A stretch of 64,000 nt of DNA from positions 8,536-72,535 of the forward strand of contig JAWCMB010000001.1 of the NCBI GenBank assembly GCA_038850115.1. Reading direction: 5' to 3'. The DNA comes from Thermoproteota archaeon (GTDB lineage Archaea; Thermoproteota; EX4484-205; JAAOZP01). A program made the translations under genes and the position numbers. The notes beneath the pieces were generated by a model. That model searched no databases. It saw only the letters and a program-made list of their open reading frames with translations, and had not been told where the DNA came from. Within the stretch, counting starts at the first letter, position 1, and every line of letters starts with the position of its first letter. Below are positions 38,113-47,899 of the stretch, piece after piece.

Positions 38113-38390
38113 GTTCCACCTATAAGGCGTTAAAGGGTCTTTTTAAGCTCTTCTAAATCCGTTTGATTTAAACGCGATTGAAAAAGCCTCATGTGCTTCA
38201 CCAAGCCAATCATGGTTTAGGCGACTTACGATTTTTAATTAGACAGGCCAAGTTTTACTTAAAACCTGGACCAGCTGTTTCATGAAGAGGAGGACCCGGC
38301 CTCGGTTTTAAAACTGATCCACGGTGGAACCAAGCTTTTTTTAAGGCGAAACCTTTAAAAGACATTTTTGTAAGCGCGTTTCGATGGAAA

Positions 38391-40427
38391 ATGGGGCAAG
38401 AGGTAGGACTTTACAGAGAGTTCAAAGAGTACATTATACCTCCTTCATGGAAGGATAGGATTTGGGGTCCAGAGGACTTTAGGAGATTCCACTGGGAAAC
38501 CGTTAAGGATAAGGAGGCCATTGAAAAATGGTGGATTAAATGGGCGGAGCAGCTTCCTTGGATAAGGAAATGGGAGAAGGTGCTTGACGACAGCAACCCG
38601 CCTTTCTACAGGTGGTTCGTCGGCGGGGAAACAAACCTGGCCTACTTGTGCACTGATTGGCAGATTGAAAAAGGTAGGAAGAATAAGCTCGCCTTAATAT
38701 GGGAGGGTGAACCCGTTGACGAGACCACGGGAGCCCCCAGGGATACTAGGAAATTCACATACTACGATTTACATAAGATATCCAGCAAGATAGCTCTAGC
38801 TCTTAAGAAGAAGCTTAACGTTGAGAAGGGAGAAATCTTAACCTTCTATCTGCCGATGATCCCGGAACTCCCCCTCTATATGCTTGCCGTCCAGCGAATG
38901 GGAGCCAAGCACAGCATTGTTTACAGTGGTTTCAGCGCTGTAGCCGTGGCAGATAGGGCTGAGGCCGCTGGGTCAAGGATAATAGTGACGGCTGACGGCC
39001 TATACAGGAGGGGGAGGATAATAAAGCTTAAAGAAGTTGTGGACGAAGCCGTGAAAATACTTGAAAGCAGAGGCCACAGAATAGAGAGAGTGATCGTCGT
39101 TAGGAGAACAGATAGGACGGATGTTCCTTTTGACGAGAAGAGGGATGTTTGGCACCACGAGCTGGTGGCGGATATGCCTGAGAACGCTAAGGTCGATGTG
39201 GTTCCCTGCCCGTCAGACGACTTTTCCTACATACTCTACACGTCTGGGACGACGGGGGCCCCAAAGGGGTCTCAGATACCTGTTGGAGGCTACGCCGTCA
39301 GCTTATATGCTACGATGAAGATGATATTCGACATTAGAGATGACGATATTTACTGGTGTACTGCGGACATAGGATGGGTTACAGGACACTCCTACATAGT
39401 CTACGGGCCGCTTATGACGGGCGCTACATCCGTAATGTATGAGGGGGCCCCGGACTATCCGAGCCCAGACAGATGGTGGAGCATCATAGAGAGGTACGGA
39501 GTCACCGTGTTCTACACAACGCCTACAGCCATAAGAATGCTGATGAGGTTCCCCGAAGAGTATGTTAAAAAACACGATTTTTCAACTATCAGAATAGCGC
39601 ACTCCGTGGGTGAACCAATAAACCCTGAGGCCTTCAGATGGCTCTATGCGAATGTTTGTAGGAACGATGCTGTCTCATCCTCGACATGGTGGATGACTGA
39701 GACCGGGCAGATGCTTACGGGACACTTCCCTGGACTGGGAAGAATCTTCCCACTTAAACCCGGGACTAACGGATACACTATTCCAGGAGTCAGTGCTGAA
39801 GTTGTGGATGAAGACGGTAAACCGTGCCCGCCCGGTGTGAGAGGCTACTTCGTCATAAAGACGCCTTGGCCGGGTATGTTCATGACGCTTTACAACGATC
39901 CGGAGAGATACGTTAACCTGTATTGGAAAAGATGGGAAGGATATTTCTGGACTGGCGACTATGCCGTTAAGGACCCCGACGGATACTTCTGGATCTTAGG
40001 CAGGGCAGACGATGTTCTTAAGGTTGCCGGCCATAGGATAGGTACAGCGGAAATCGAGTCCGCGATGATCCTGCATCCGGCGGTCGCAGAATCCGCTTGC
40101 GTAGGGAAGCCGGATGAGGTGAAGGGAGAGATTCCGATGATATTCACGGTTTTGAAGCAAGGGTATACTGGTACTTCTGAGCTTGAAAGCGAGTTGAAAA
40201 TGCATTTAAGGAAGACGATCGGCCCCCTCGTTTCGTCGGACGCAACCATAGTATTCATCAACGCCGTTCCGAAGACTAGGAGCGGCAAGATCATGAGGAG
40301 GCTGCTGAGAGCAGTGGTTTCAAACAGGCCGCTTGGAGACGTAACAACCCTAGAGGATGAGACGGCTGTGAGAGAAGTTACCGAAGCATACCATACGATA
40401 AGGGAAGCCCTCGAAAGGAGAAAGTGA
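38391..40427 (+). CDS. acs: Acetyl-CoA synthetase (AMP-forming acetate--CoA ligase)
   Basis: AMP-binding motif YTSGTTGAPKG. N-terminal W..F.WF.GG.TNLAYLC acs-type region. 678 aa with C-terminal ...KTRSGKIMRRLLR. Confidence 0.9.
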   Translation: MGQEVGLYREFKEYIIPPSWKDRIWGPEDFRRFHWETVKDKEAIEKWWIKWAEQLPWIRKWEKVLDDSNPPFYRWFVGGETNLAYLCTDWQIEKGRKNKLALIWEGEPVDETTGAPRDTRKFTYYDLHKISSKIALALKKKLNVEKGEILTFYLPMIPELPLYMLAVQRMGAKHSIVYSGFSAVAVADRAEAAGSRIIVTADGLYRRGRIIKLKEVVDEAVKILESRGHRIERVIVVRRTDRTDVPFDEKRDVWHHELVADMPENAKVDVVPCPSDDFSYILYTSGTTGAPKGSQIPVGGYAVSLYATMKMIFDIRDDDIYWCTADIGWVTGHSYIVYGPLMTGATSVMYEGAPDYPSPDRWWSIIERYGVTVFYTTPTAIRMLMRFPEEYVKKHDFSTIRIAHSVGEPINPEAFRWLYANVCRNDAVSSSTWWMTETGQMLTGHFPGLGRIFPLKPGTNGYTIPGVSAEVVDEDGKPCPPGVRGYFVIKTPWPGMFMTLYNDPERYVNLYWKRWEGYFWTGDYAVKDPDGYFWILGRADDVLKVAGHRIGTAEIESAMILHPAVAESACVGKPDEVKGEIPMIFTVLKQGYTGTSELESELKMHLRKTIGPLVSSDATIVFINAVPKTRSGKIMRRLLRAVVSNRPLGDVTTLEDETAVREVTEAYHTIREALERRK

Positions 40428-40478
40428 GTCGCCCCGACAGAAACAGCGGTAACGCATGAAAGGAGCATCTGCCTAGAA

Positions 40479-41681
40479 ATGGGAAGATGGCTACTCGTTT
40501 TAACCGGCTTCCTGACTAACATATGTCTGGGCGCGATATATTCTTTCAGCGTCTTCAGAAAGCCGTTGGAAGAACTTTGGGGAATAAGCGCCGCCCAAAG
40601 CGGCTTGCCCTTCATGGTTTTTCTAGCGGTATTTGCGGTAATGATGGCGATTGCAGGAGGTTTGATCCGGAAATGGGGGCCGAGGAAGACAAGCTTGTTA
40701 GGAAGCATTTTAGTCGGCGTAGGATGGATAGGGGCTAGTTTTTCTCCAAACATAGAGACTCTAACGATCCTCTACGGGGTAATCGGTGGAGCTGGCGTCG
40801 GGATTGCTTACGGTTGCCCGATAGCAGTTACTGCAGCATGGTTTCCCAAGAGAAGCGGTTTCGCGATAGGTTTGACGGTCATGGGCTTCGGGCTTTCCGG
40901 CCTCTTAATGGCCCCAATTCTTACTGGGCTCATAAAAACAGTCGGGCCGCTTCAAGCATTCCTTTACTCGGGGGCCACGTTCCTATTGTTGCTTACGGTT
41001 CTCTCCATGCCTCTAAGATTCCCGTCGAAAGAGGGCTCTTCCCCAGCCACAGGTGCTACGCCGACCACCAGCAGGGAGAATGGTAGCGGCTTAAAGAGGA
41101 GTCAGATGGTTAAGACCACGAGCTTCTACACGTTATGGTTAGCATACATGGTTGGCTGCATGGCTGGCCTTATGGCCGTGGGAATCGCCTCGCCATTCGG
41201 AATAGAGGTTGCCAGGCTTGACGCCACGATGGCTGCGTTCTCAATTTCACTGTTCTCAGTCTTCAACGGTGTCGGCAGGCCATTGTTCGGAGTAATCACC
41301 GACAAGCTTGGCCCCAGGAAAAGCGCACTAGTGTCTTTTGGTCTAGTTTCTGCCTCCTCCCTTGTCCTATACTTTTTCGGAGAGGGAAACTCCTTCGTAT
41401 ACCTTGTTTTCTTCAGTATACTTTGGCTTAACCTAGGCGGATGGCTGGCGATGGCCCCAACTATAACGAAAATATTTTTCGGAGCCAAATACTACTCTGA
41501 GAACTATGGACTGGTGTTCACCGCCTATGGAGCCGGGGCCATCGTAGGCACCTCGATGTCGGGGATTCTCAGGGACATTACTGGGACATACTTGTCCGTT
41601 CTTCCGGTAGCTGCAGTGTTAACCCTCATCGGTTTCGCCGTTACGCTTGCCGGGTTAAAGCCTGTTGTGAAAAAAGATTAG
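40479..41681 (+). CDS. MFS transporter (12 TM; possibly oxalate/formate-antiporter-like monocarboxylate transporter)
   Basis: Twelve hydrophobic segments in a 6+6 arrangement with a central hydrophilic loop (PSKEGSSPATGATPTTSRENGSGLKRSQ). Adjacent to acs. Confidence 0.75.
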   Translation: MGRWLLVLTGFLTNICLGAIYSFSVFRKPLEELWGISAAQSGLPFMVFLAVFAVMMAIAGGLIRKWGPRKTSLLGSILVGVGWIGASFSPNIETLTILYGVIGGAGVGIAYGCPIAVTAAWFPKRSGFAIGLTVMGFGLSGLLMAPILTGLIKTVGPLQAFLYSGATFLLLLTVLSMPLRFPSKEGSSPATGATPTTSRENGSGLKRSQMVKTTSFYTLWLAYMVGCMAGLMAVGIASPFGIEVARLDATMAAFSISLFSVFNGVGRPLFGVITDKLGPRKSALVSFGLVSASSLVLYFFGEGNSFVYLVFFSILWLNLGGWLAMAPTITKIFFGAKYYSENYGLVFTAYGAGAIVGTSMSGILRDITGTYLSVLPVAAVLTLIGFAVTLAGLKPVVKKD

Positions 41682-41741
41682 GGTCAAGGGCCCATGGTAT
41701 CACCGTTAAACATGCTCTGAAGCCTGGTTTAAAAGTTTCTC

Positions 41742-43013
41742 CTAATCCCACTCGTAAGCGGGCTCACTGTTGCTGAAAGTATAGTGAATGTTTCTAAACC
41801 TGCCAGCGAGCTCCTTAACCTCCTCTTTAACGATGCTTACTGAATCAGGAGATTTCACGACTCTAGCTATTAGGCTCCCTATGATAGCCATCTCGTCCCT
41901 ACTCATTCCAAGCCTCGTCACCTCCTGCACTCCAAGCCGTATCCCGCTGGCCGTTGTTTCAGACTTGTCTGTCGGAAGAGGAGTCATGCTGGTTATTATG
42001 CTGGCCTTCTCAAGGTTTTTAGAAACCTCCAAAGCAGTGCCCTCCTTAACCCTGAATATCACTTGATGCGACCTGGTGAAGCCCTTGTCTGCACATATCA
42101 CGTCAACCCCATTGTTATACAGCGACTCGGCGAGGGCCTGAGCATTGCTCACAACCATTCTAGAATACTCCTGCCCGAAAGCCAGGAACTCTGCAAGCGT
42201 GTACGCTAAGGCAGCAACCCTGTTTATGTGATGATTATTAATCATGCTCAGCGCAACCCTGTCTATGTCTTCACCATGCTGTCTTTTACAAAGGATTATA
42301 CCCCCCTGTGGTCCAAAGAGGGTTTTATGAGTGCTGCCTGTCACGACTGCTGCACCCTCCCTCAACGGGTCTTGGAAACAGCCGCCTGCCACCAGGCCCA
42401 GGACATGGGCAGCATCGTAGACAACGGTCGCGCCGACGTTTGAAGCAGCCTCAGAAACCTCCTTAACAGGCTGGGGAAACAAGAGTTCAGAAGCTCCGAG
42501 CATCACCATCTTAGGCATAACCTTCGCAATCATCTTCCTAGACTGCTCGGCATCAATATTGTACTCCTCAGCGTTAAACGGGAGTGGAACCATGCTTACC
42601 CCGTGGTATCTGGAGACCTCTCTGAAACTGCTGTGGCCCCCGTCCATCACGCTCAACCCAATCATAGTGTCCCCGGGCCTCGTGAAAGCACCTATGGCGA
42701 CGATGTTCGCAACCGTCCCTGAAACCGGCAGCGTATTGACATGCTCAACCCTGAAAAGTTTCCTAGCTAGGAAATGAGTAAGCTCTTCAAGCTTATCTAT
42801 GTACTCGCAGCCCCTATACATTCTTTCATACAGGAACCCTACGGCGTACCTGTGCCCCATGTCGCAGGTTAAAAGTCTCCTAACCCCCTTGCTAGTAACG
42901 TTCTCGCTAGCAATAAGGTTTAAGGAGAAACTTCTGAAAAAATGATGCTCCCTAACTATTTCGAAAACCTCTTCCGCAAGACTTTTCTCTGACATTACTT
43001 GGGCTTGAGGCAA
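41742..43013 (-). CDS. glyA: Serine hydroxymethyltransferase
   Basis: NLIASEN (SHMT LIASENF motif) and TGSTHKTLFGPQGG (SHMT PLP-lysine block T(T)THKTLRGPRGG). Confidence 0.9.
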   Translation of the reverse strand: MPQAQVMSEKSLAEEVFEIVREHHFFRSFSLNLIASENVTSKGVRRLLTCDMGHRYAVGFLYERMYRGCEYIDKLEELTHFLARKLFRVEHVNTLPVSGTVANIVAIGAFTRPGDTMIGLSVMDGGHSSFREVSRYHGVSMVPLPFNAEEYNIDAEQSRKMIAKVMPKMVMLGASELLFPQPVKEVSEAASNVGATVVYDAAHVLGLVAGGCFQDPLREGAAVVTGSTHKTLFGPQGGIILCKRQHGEDIDRVALSMINNHHINRVAALAYTLAEFLAFGQEYSRMVVSNAQALAESLYNNGVDVICADKGFTRSHQVIFRVKEGTALEVSKNLEKASIITSMTPLPTDKSETTASGIRLGVQEVTRLGMSRDEMAIIGSLIARVVKSPDSVSIVKEEVKELAGRFRNIHYTFSNSEPAYEWD

Positions 43014-43095
43014 ACGGTTCTTTAAAAAAGTTTCCTACAACCATTCCACGTTTAAACATAAATAATCATCCCAGCCGGTTTAAAACACTGGAAAG

Positions 43096-44358
43096 GTGGA
43101 AAGAATCATGAGGCAGAGAGTCAGCCTGAGGATTGGGAAAACCCTCCTGGTAGATGGGCCGGCCACAGTGCAGGTGGCCAGCGGCATGGTTAACGTGATG
43201 GGCGCCGTGTTCGCAGAGGGAAGCTGGGTGAAGGTTAGAGGCTTCAGACGGACGCCTTTCTACGCCGAGCAGTCTGAAGCAAGCCTTGTCGTTGAGGGCA
43301 ACAACTACCGTGTGGTAGACGGCTCTACAATACCGGGAAACTGGCTTGAAGCCGCTGAGAAGACTGCTGCTGAGGAGAAGGGGGTTGTAGCAGTCGTCGG
43401 CGAGGCGGACTCAGGTAAGACGAGTCTGGCAACCTTCCTGGTTAACTACTATCTTAACTTCCACGGGGAGGTTGGAATCGTCGACTCTGACCCAGGGCAG
43501 AACGATCTTGGAATACCCGGCACGGTTAGCGCGGGAGTGGTGAACAAGGGTTTAAGCGACCTGAGCCAGGTTAAGCCTGAAGTCATAGAGTTCGTAGGCT
43601 TCACAGCCCCGGAGTCGGGGGTTGAAGAGTTGAAGGAGGCTGTTGCCACAGCGCTCAGGAGACTTAGGGAAAGAGGGGTTGAGAAAATGGTTTTGAACAC
43701 AGATGGCTGGGCTGACTCTAAAGGCCTGAGTTTTAAAGCCGAGCTTATCCGTGCTGTTAAGCCGAGCTTCGTGCTATCGCTGCTGGAGGGTGAGAAAGCC
43801 CTGCTTTTCACCAGGGCGGTTGACCCAGGTACTAGAATGATCCAAGTGGAGAAGTCTCGATACGTTAAAAGGAGGAGCAGGATGCACAGGAGGACACTGA
43901 GAATGCTGAATTACAGGAGGCATTTTGCAAGACCTAGGCTGGTTAAGAAGCCTTTGAGCGAAACCGTTTTCCTAAACCATCCTTTCTTGAAAGGCAAGCC
44001 TGCTCAAACACCCGGAGAACTCAGGGAGCTTGGCTTCGAAGCATTAGAAACCAAGCTGTACATGGGCACGCTCTACGTAAGGATAAGGGATGAGACTGAG
44101 GAGCCTGTTATGCTCAACGCCAGCGGGAAAAGGGTCATCATGCTGGGGGACGGGTGGGAGCGGGGACTCCTAGTTGGCTTGGGAAGGGAGAACAGGATTA
44201 TTGGAGTCGGCATAATAGAGTCTTTAAGCGGGGGCGAGGTGACTGTGAAAACACCCTTGGCAACAGGCTTCGACACAGTTAGGCTTGGGGAAATAAAGCT
44301 TGACGCTTCCTTCAACGAGAGAAGCTTCCATTGGAAGTCTTTGAGACAACAAGATTAA
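43096..44358 (+). CDS. Clp1/Grc3-family polynucleotide 5'-hydroxyl-kinase-like P-loop protein
   Basis: Walker A VVAVVGEADSGKTSLATFL followed by GIVDSDPGQNDLGIPGTVSAG, which matches the Clp1 hhDhDpGQ...pG.hS motif. Confidence 0.65.
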   Translation: MERIMRQRVSLRIGKTLLVDGPATVQVASGMVNVMGAVFAEGSWVKVRGFRRTPFYAEQSEASLVVEGNNYRVVDGSTIPGNWLEAAEKTAAEEKGVVAVVGEADSGKTSLATFLVNYYLNFHGEVGIVDSDPGQNDLGIPGTVSAGVVNKGLSDLSQVKPEVIEFVGFTAPESGVEELKEAVATALRRLRERGVEKMVLNTDGWADSKGLSFKAELIRAVKPSFVLSLLEGEKALLFTRAVDPGTRMIQVEKSRYVKRRSRMHRRTLRMLNYRRHFARPRLVKKPLSETVFLNHPFLKGKPAQTPGELRELGFEALETKLYMGTLYVRIRDETEEPVMLNASGKRVIMLGDGWERGLLVGLGRENRIIGVGIIESLSGGEVTVKTPLATGFDTVRLGEIKLDASFNERSFHWKSLRQQD

Positions 44359-44427
44359 TCGGTAAAAATAGAAAGCCAAGGTCGCCAAAACAAAAACGGC
44401 TTAAAGGTGCAGAGGACTCAAATATTC

Positions 44428-45453
44428 TTAAGATGCTAGCGCATTCTTAAGCTCTATCAAAGACTTGTCTACGAGCTTCGTCTCAGCAACAGCCTCAGAA
44501 AGGTCGACGCTCACAATCTCCGTCCCCCTCAGCGCAACCATCTTTCCGAAAACACCCTTCCTGACAAGCTCGACAGCAGCGTGGCCGAGCCTAGTGGCCA
44601 GAACCCTGTCGAAAGCCGTCGGAGGCATACCCCTTATAATATGCGCAGGGACAACAGCCCTAGTCTCAAACCCTGTTGCCTTCTCAATCTCCTTAGCAAG
44701 GAACTCTCCTATCCCGCCCAGGTACACGTGCCCATACTGGTCCACCTTAACATCCTTCGTTATCGGACCCTTATAGTCCTCTATCAAAGCACCCTCTGCG
44801 ACGACAATGGTTAAACCGCCTTTATCAGGCTTCCTCCTCTTAACAAACTCCACCACGTCGCTAATCTTGAAAGGCTCTTCGGGAATAAGAATCAAGTCGG
44901 CGCCAGCAGCAAGCCCAGAGTAGAGTGCTATCCAGCCTGCGTGCCTACCCATAATCTCGACAACCATAACCCTGTCGTGAGACCTCCCCGTGGTCTTCAA
45001 AGACTCGATAGTCTGCATAGCGGCGTTAACCGCGGTGTCGAAGCCAAATGTGTAGTCCGTACCCTTAAGATCGTTGTCAATAGTCTTGGGAACCCCGATC
45101 ACCTTCAAGCCTGCCTCGTGAAGCCTCCTCGCAGCAGTAAGAGTATCGTCGCCACCGATAGCAATAAGCGCGTCAAGGCCAAGCTTCCTAAAATTCTCAA
45201 CGCATTTATTCATCGTCGCCTCATCCTTCGTAGGATTCGTCCTCGAGGTTTTAATCACTGTCCCCGCCTCACCAACCTTATCCTCAACATCACTGTACTT
45301 CAACGGCACAGTATCCATGTTCAATAATCCAGCCCAACCATACCTAACACCAACAACCTCAAAACCATACTGTTCAGCACGCTTCAAAACAGCACGAATT
45401 ACGGCATTTAGTCCAGGTGCGTCTCCTCCGCCTGTTAGTACTCCTATTTTCAT
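44428..45453 (-). CDS. pfp: 6-phosphofructokinase, PfkA family, with PPi-dependent signature residues
   Basis: GGGDAPGLNAVIR. GGDDT (Asp at the Gly104-equivalent) and VPKTIDNDL (Lys at the Gly124-equivalent), the residues that distinguish PPi- from ATP-PFKs. Confidence 0.8.
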   Translation of the reverse strand: MKIGVLTGGGDAPGLNAVIRAVLKRAEQYGFEVVGVRYGWAGLLNMDTVPLKYSDVEDKVGEAGTVIKTSRTNPTKDEATMNKCVENFRKLGLDALIAIGGDDTLTAARRLHEAGLKVIGVPKTIDNDLKGTDYTFGFDTAVNAAMQTIESLKTTGRSHDRVMVVEIMGRHAGWIALYSGLAAGADLILIPEEPFKISDVVEFVKRRKPDKGGLTIVVAEGALIEDYKGPITKDVKVDQYGHVYLGGIGEFLAKEIEKATGFETRAVVPAHIIRGMPPTAFDRVLATRLGHAAVELVRKGVFGKMVALRGTEIVSVDLSEAVAETKLVDKSLIELKNALAS

Positions 45454-45809
45454 TCCTTGCTCACCTTTTCATGAATGCTGTTGGAAAGGGGTTTTAACTT
45501 TTTCTGAGGGTTTTAATGATGCTTTATCTCCTTAATGAGCACGCGACGATGAAAAGCGTCTCAACCCTATCCGCGTGAAGCTGTAGACTAGGATCGTTAT
45601 TATTCTCATCTTAGGCGGGAGTATGAACAGCAACCCCATTAGGATAGTAATTGCTCTTGAAGCATCCTGCTCCACTGCCGTAAGTTCAGCCGTGCTACGA
45701 GCATATTGACTAGGCGATTGGTTAAAAATAGAAAAAGGATTAGCCAAACACTCTTGCTAAGAGCGTTTTGTCGTTACGACTACCGCTTGCTTCACGCTAA
45801 CGCTTCAGT

Positions 45810-46673
45810 TCAATCCTTCAGAACCTCTTTCTTAACGATTTCTCCCACCGGGGCTGGCTTTACGGTCCCGTAGGCCTCCACCCCGAGTTCAGAAATCTTG
45901 ACCAGGCAACAGGTCATAGAGGGCTTCGCAAGAGCCTTCTCCAGTATTATTGCCTTAACATTCTCACCCAGACTTGTGGAAACCATTCTGAGAATAACCT
46001 TGCTCATGTAAACAAGGTGCTGGCCTCCGACTACGTCGAACTCCCTTGAGGCGAAGCCGGCCTCCGGGTCGGTCAGGAGACCGCTCCCGCTGACGCTTTC
46101 AGCAACCTCCTTCCTCAGCTTCTCCTGGAAACTTCTCCCAGCGCTGCTTCGACGCCAGCTCGTTATGACGAGCAGCGACTCGTAGCCCGTCGCCATCCTG
46201 ACCAGCGTGTTAACCTCCAGCGAAAGCTTGCCCTGAAGCTCCCTCGCCGTCGAGGCCAAGTGTTGGAGAGGAGTGTTCAGGAGTTGAGCATGGTAATGTG
46301 GCACTAGTGAGTCCAATATTATCAGCGTCGGCACCCAGTCGTTCTTATCAACCTCCTTTGGTATTGCTTCGATTATCGCCTTATGCTGCTCAAAGAGGCT
46401 GCTGGCAGGGTATGTCTTCACCCTTGATAAAGCATCATCCCTAACTCCTTTCTTCAAACATATGGTTCTTAAACGGTCGACATCCCAGCTCTCAGTTAAA
46501 ACCGCTATGACAACATCCTTGTCCCTACAGTTCTTCAGCGCCTCGGCTATGAGCGTCATCGACAGGCTGGTCTTTCCTGTAGCCGGGCTCCCGTAAACCA
46601 GGTTTGAAACACCCGTGGGCAGGCCGCCCGTAAGCTCGTCCAGAGGCTTTATACCCGTGTTGATCTTCCTCAT
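45810..46673 (-). CDS. KaiC/RadA-like RecA-superfamily ATPase (single domain, 287 aa)
   Basis: Walker A GSPATGKTS and Walker B LIILDSL. Last gene of a three-gene ATGA-coupled module. Confidence 0.75.
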   Translation of the reverse strand: MRKINTGIKPLDELTGGLPTGVSNLVYGSPATGKTSLSMTLIAEALKNCRDKDVVIAVLTESWDVDRLRTICLKKGVRDDALSRVKTYPASSLFEQHKAIIEAIPKEVDKNDWVPTLIILDSLVPHYHAQLLNTPLQHLASTARELQGKLSLEVNTLVRMATGYESLLVITSWRRSSAGRSFQEKLRKEVAESVSGSGLLTDPEAGFASREFDVVGGQHLVYMSKVILRMVSTSLGENVKAIILEKALAKPSMTCCLVKISELGVEAYGTVKPAPVGEIVKKEVLKD

Positions 46674-47899
46674 TCAAACCAGTCCTCCTTTGAAACCAAG
46701 TATTGCTCACCAGCCTCCTGAACCTGCTTCAAGTAGCCTTGCCTCAGTAGCGCTGCGAGGGCTCTAAGCCCATTCGCCCCCAGGATGGACCTCACTTCCT
46801 CAACAATCCTGTTTAAGCTTGCTTTCCCGCCGAGCCCCCTAACCCTTTCCATCACCTTGACTCCTGCCTCATAGTATTCCCCAAGATCATCCCTCAGTCG
46901 GTCCTCGCCGCTGAAGCTTTTCAAAGCCGGTTTACGATCCTCACGCTCCTTTTCATCAAGCGGCTTCATAAACATGTTTACGGGAGCCTTTACAAGCCCC
47001 GAGTCCCCGCTTCTAGTCAGCACTAGCATAGAATAGCTTGAAACACTCCTGTCGGGCATGGGGCTTGCTCCCCATGGGTTGAACACTTCCGCAGGAGGCG
47101 AGAAAACTATTGAGTCAAGGCTCCGCAAGACTTTTTCAGAGACTTCTGAAAGAGTTTTCTCAGCAATTATTATCGAGTAGCCCTTTCTCTCCAACTCTTC
47201 AAGCAGAACCCCCTCGACGAACAGTTGGGCATTGTCGCGCCTCCGGTTCCTCGGCCATACCATGCTCGGATCGTTTACGACTACGATTGTCTGATGCACA
47301 GGCTCGAGCTGGGCAAGCTTCTCCAACACTAGAAGAGTTGCGAAAACCTTGTGCGAGGCGGCTGCAAGCCCGAAGAAGTCGAAGACTACTCCCGATTCCA
47401 GAACATCGTTGAACTCAAAACTCTCCCTCCTGCCAAAGGCCTGTTTAAGGGTTCCGAAGGTAAACGGTTCGAAGGGCGTGTAAATGGATAATCCGCCCTC
47501 CGGGGTTTCGAAGTCGAGCTTCGAGGCTATCTCCGGTATCGTGGCCTCCGTGGATTTTGAAACATTGTCCAGAAGCGCCTTCGTCAGAATGCTCTTCACG
47601 TTGAATGCTCCAAAGCAGTAGTCAAGTATCTCCACGAGCGACTCGATGTACCGCTCAACCCTTTCTGGGCATGGTGGCTTAACGGGATTGACGCTGTGCT
47701 TAACGATGTTGCAATACCTTGTCGTCCTGATTCTTGAGACGCAACTGAACTCGTCGTTCAAATCAAACAGTATTATTCTAGTGTCCTTGAAAACCTCTGA
47801 AAGCAAGTATACAAGGATGCTTCTGAAGTTCCCGCCAGCCACACCTATTCTTCCAGCCGTCTCAAGCAGTCCTAAACTGGGTTCAAGCATGCTTTTCAT
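46670..47899 (-). CDS. HerA/DUF87 (FtsK-HerA superfamily)-like protein with a degenerate P-loop and a C-terminal winged-helix-like tail. Start re-set to MKSMLEPSLG (ATGA overlap with upstream stop).
   Basis: GRIGVAGGNFRSILVYLL...IILFDLNDEF mirrors HerA/DUF87 GxTGSGKS...hhhhDPhGEY, but Lys-Ser is replaced by Phe-Arg. The putative Walker B reads TIVVVNDPS. Confidence 0.45.
   Translation of the reverse strand: MKSMLEPSLGLLETAGRIGVAGGNFRSILVYLLSEVFKDTRIILFDLNDEFSCVSRIRTTRYCNIVKHSVNPVKPPCPERVERYIESLVEILDYCFGAFNVKSILTKALLDNVSKSTEATIPEIASKLDFETPEGGLSIYTPFEPFTFGTLKQAFGRRESFEFNDVLESGVVFDFFGLAAASHKVFATLLVLEKLAQLEPVHQTIVVVNDPSMVWPRNRRRDNAQLFVEGVLLEELERKGYSIIIAEKTLSEVSEKVLRSLDSIVFSPPAEVFNPWGASPMPDRSVSSYSMLVLTRSGDSGLVKAPVNMFMKPLDEKEREDRKPALKSFSGEDRLRDDLGEYYEAGVKVMERVRGLGGKASLNRIVEEVRSILGANGLRALAALLRQGYLKQVQEAGEQYLVSKEDWFE

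Noticed and set aside
39959-40753. 264-aa minus-strand ORF spanning the acs / MFS junction
   Set aside because: Antisense to two well-supported genes (AMP-binding motif and 12-TM profile on the plus strand); no motifs.
45454-45809. Possible C/D-box sRNA (UGAUG / CUGA-like strings, for example aatgatgc at ~45507) in the 356-bp gap upstream of the PPi-PFK gene
   Set aside because: I could not find properly spaced C, D', C', D boxes with terminal complementarity on either strand. The motifs are short enough to occur by chance.
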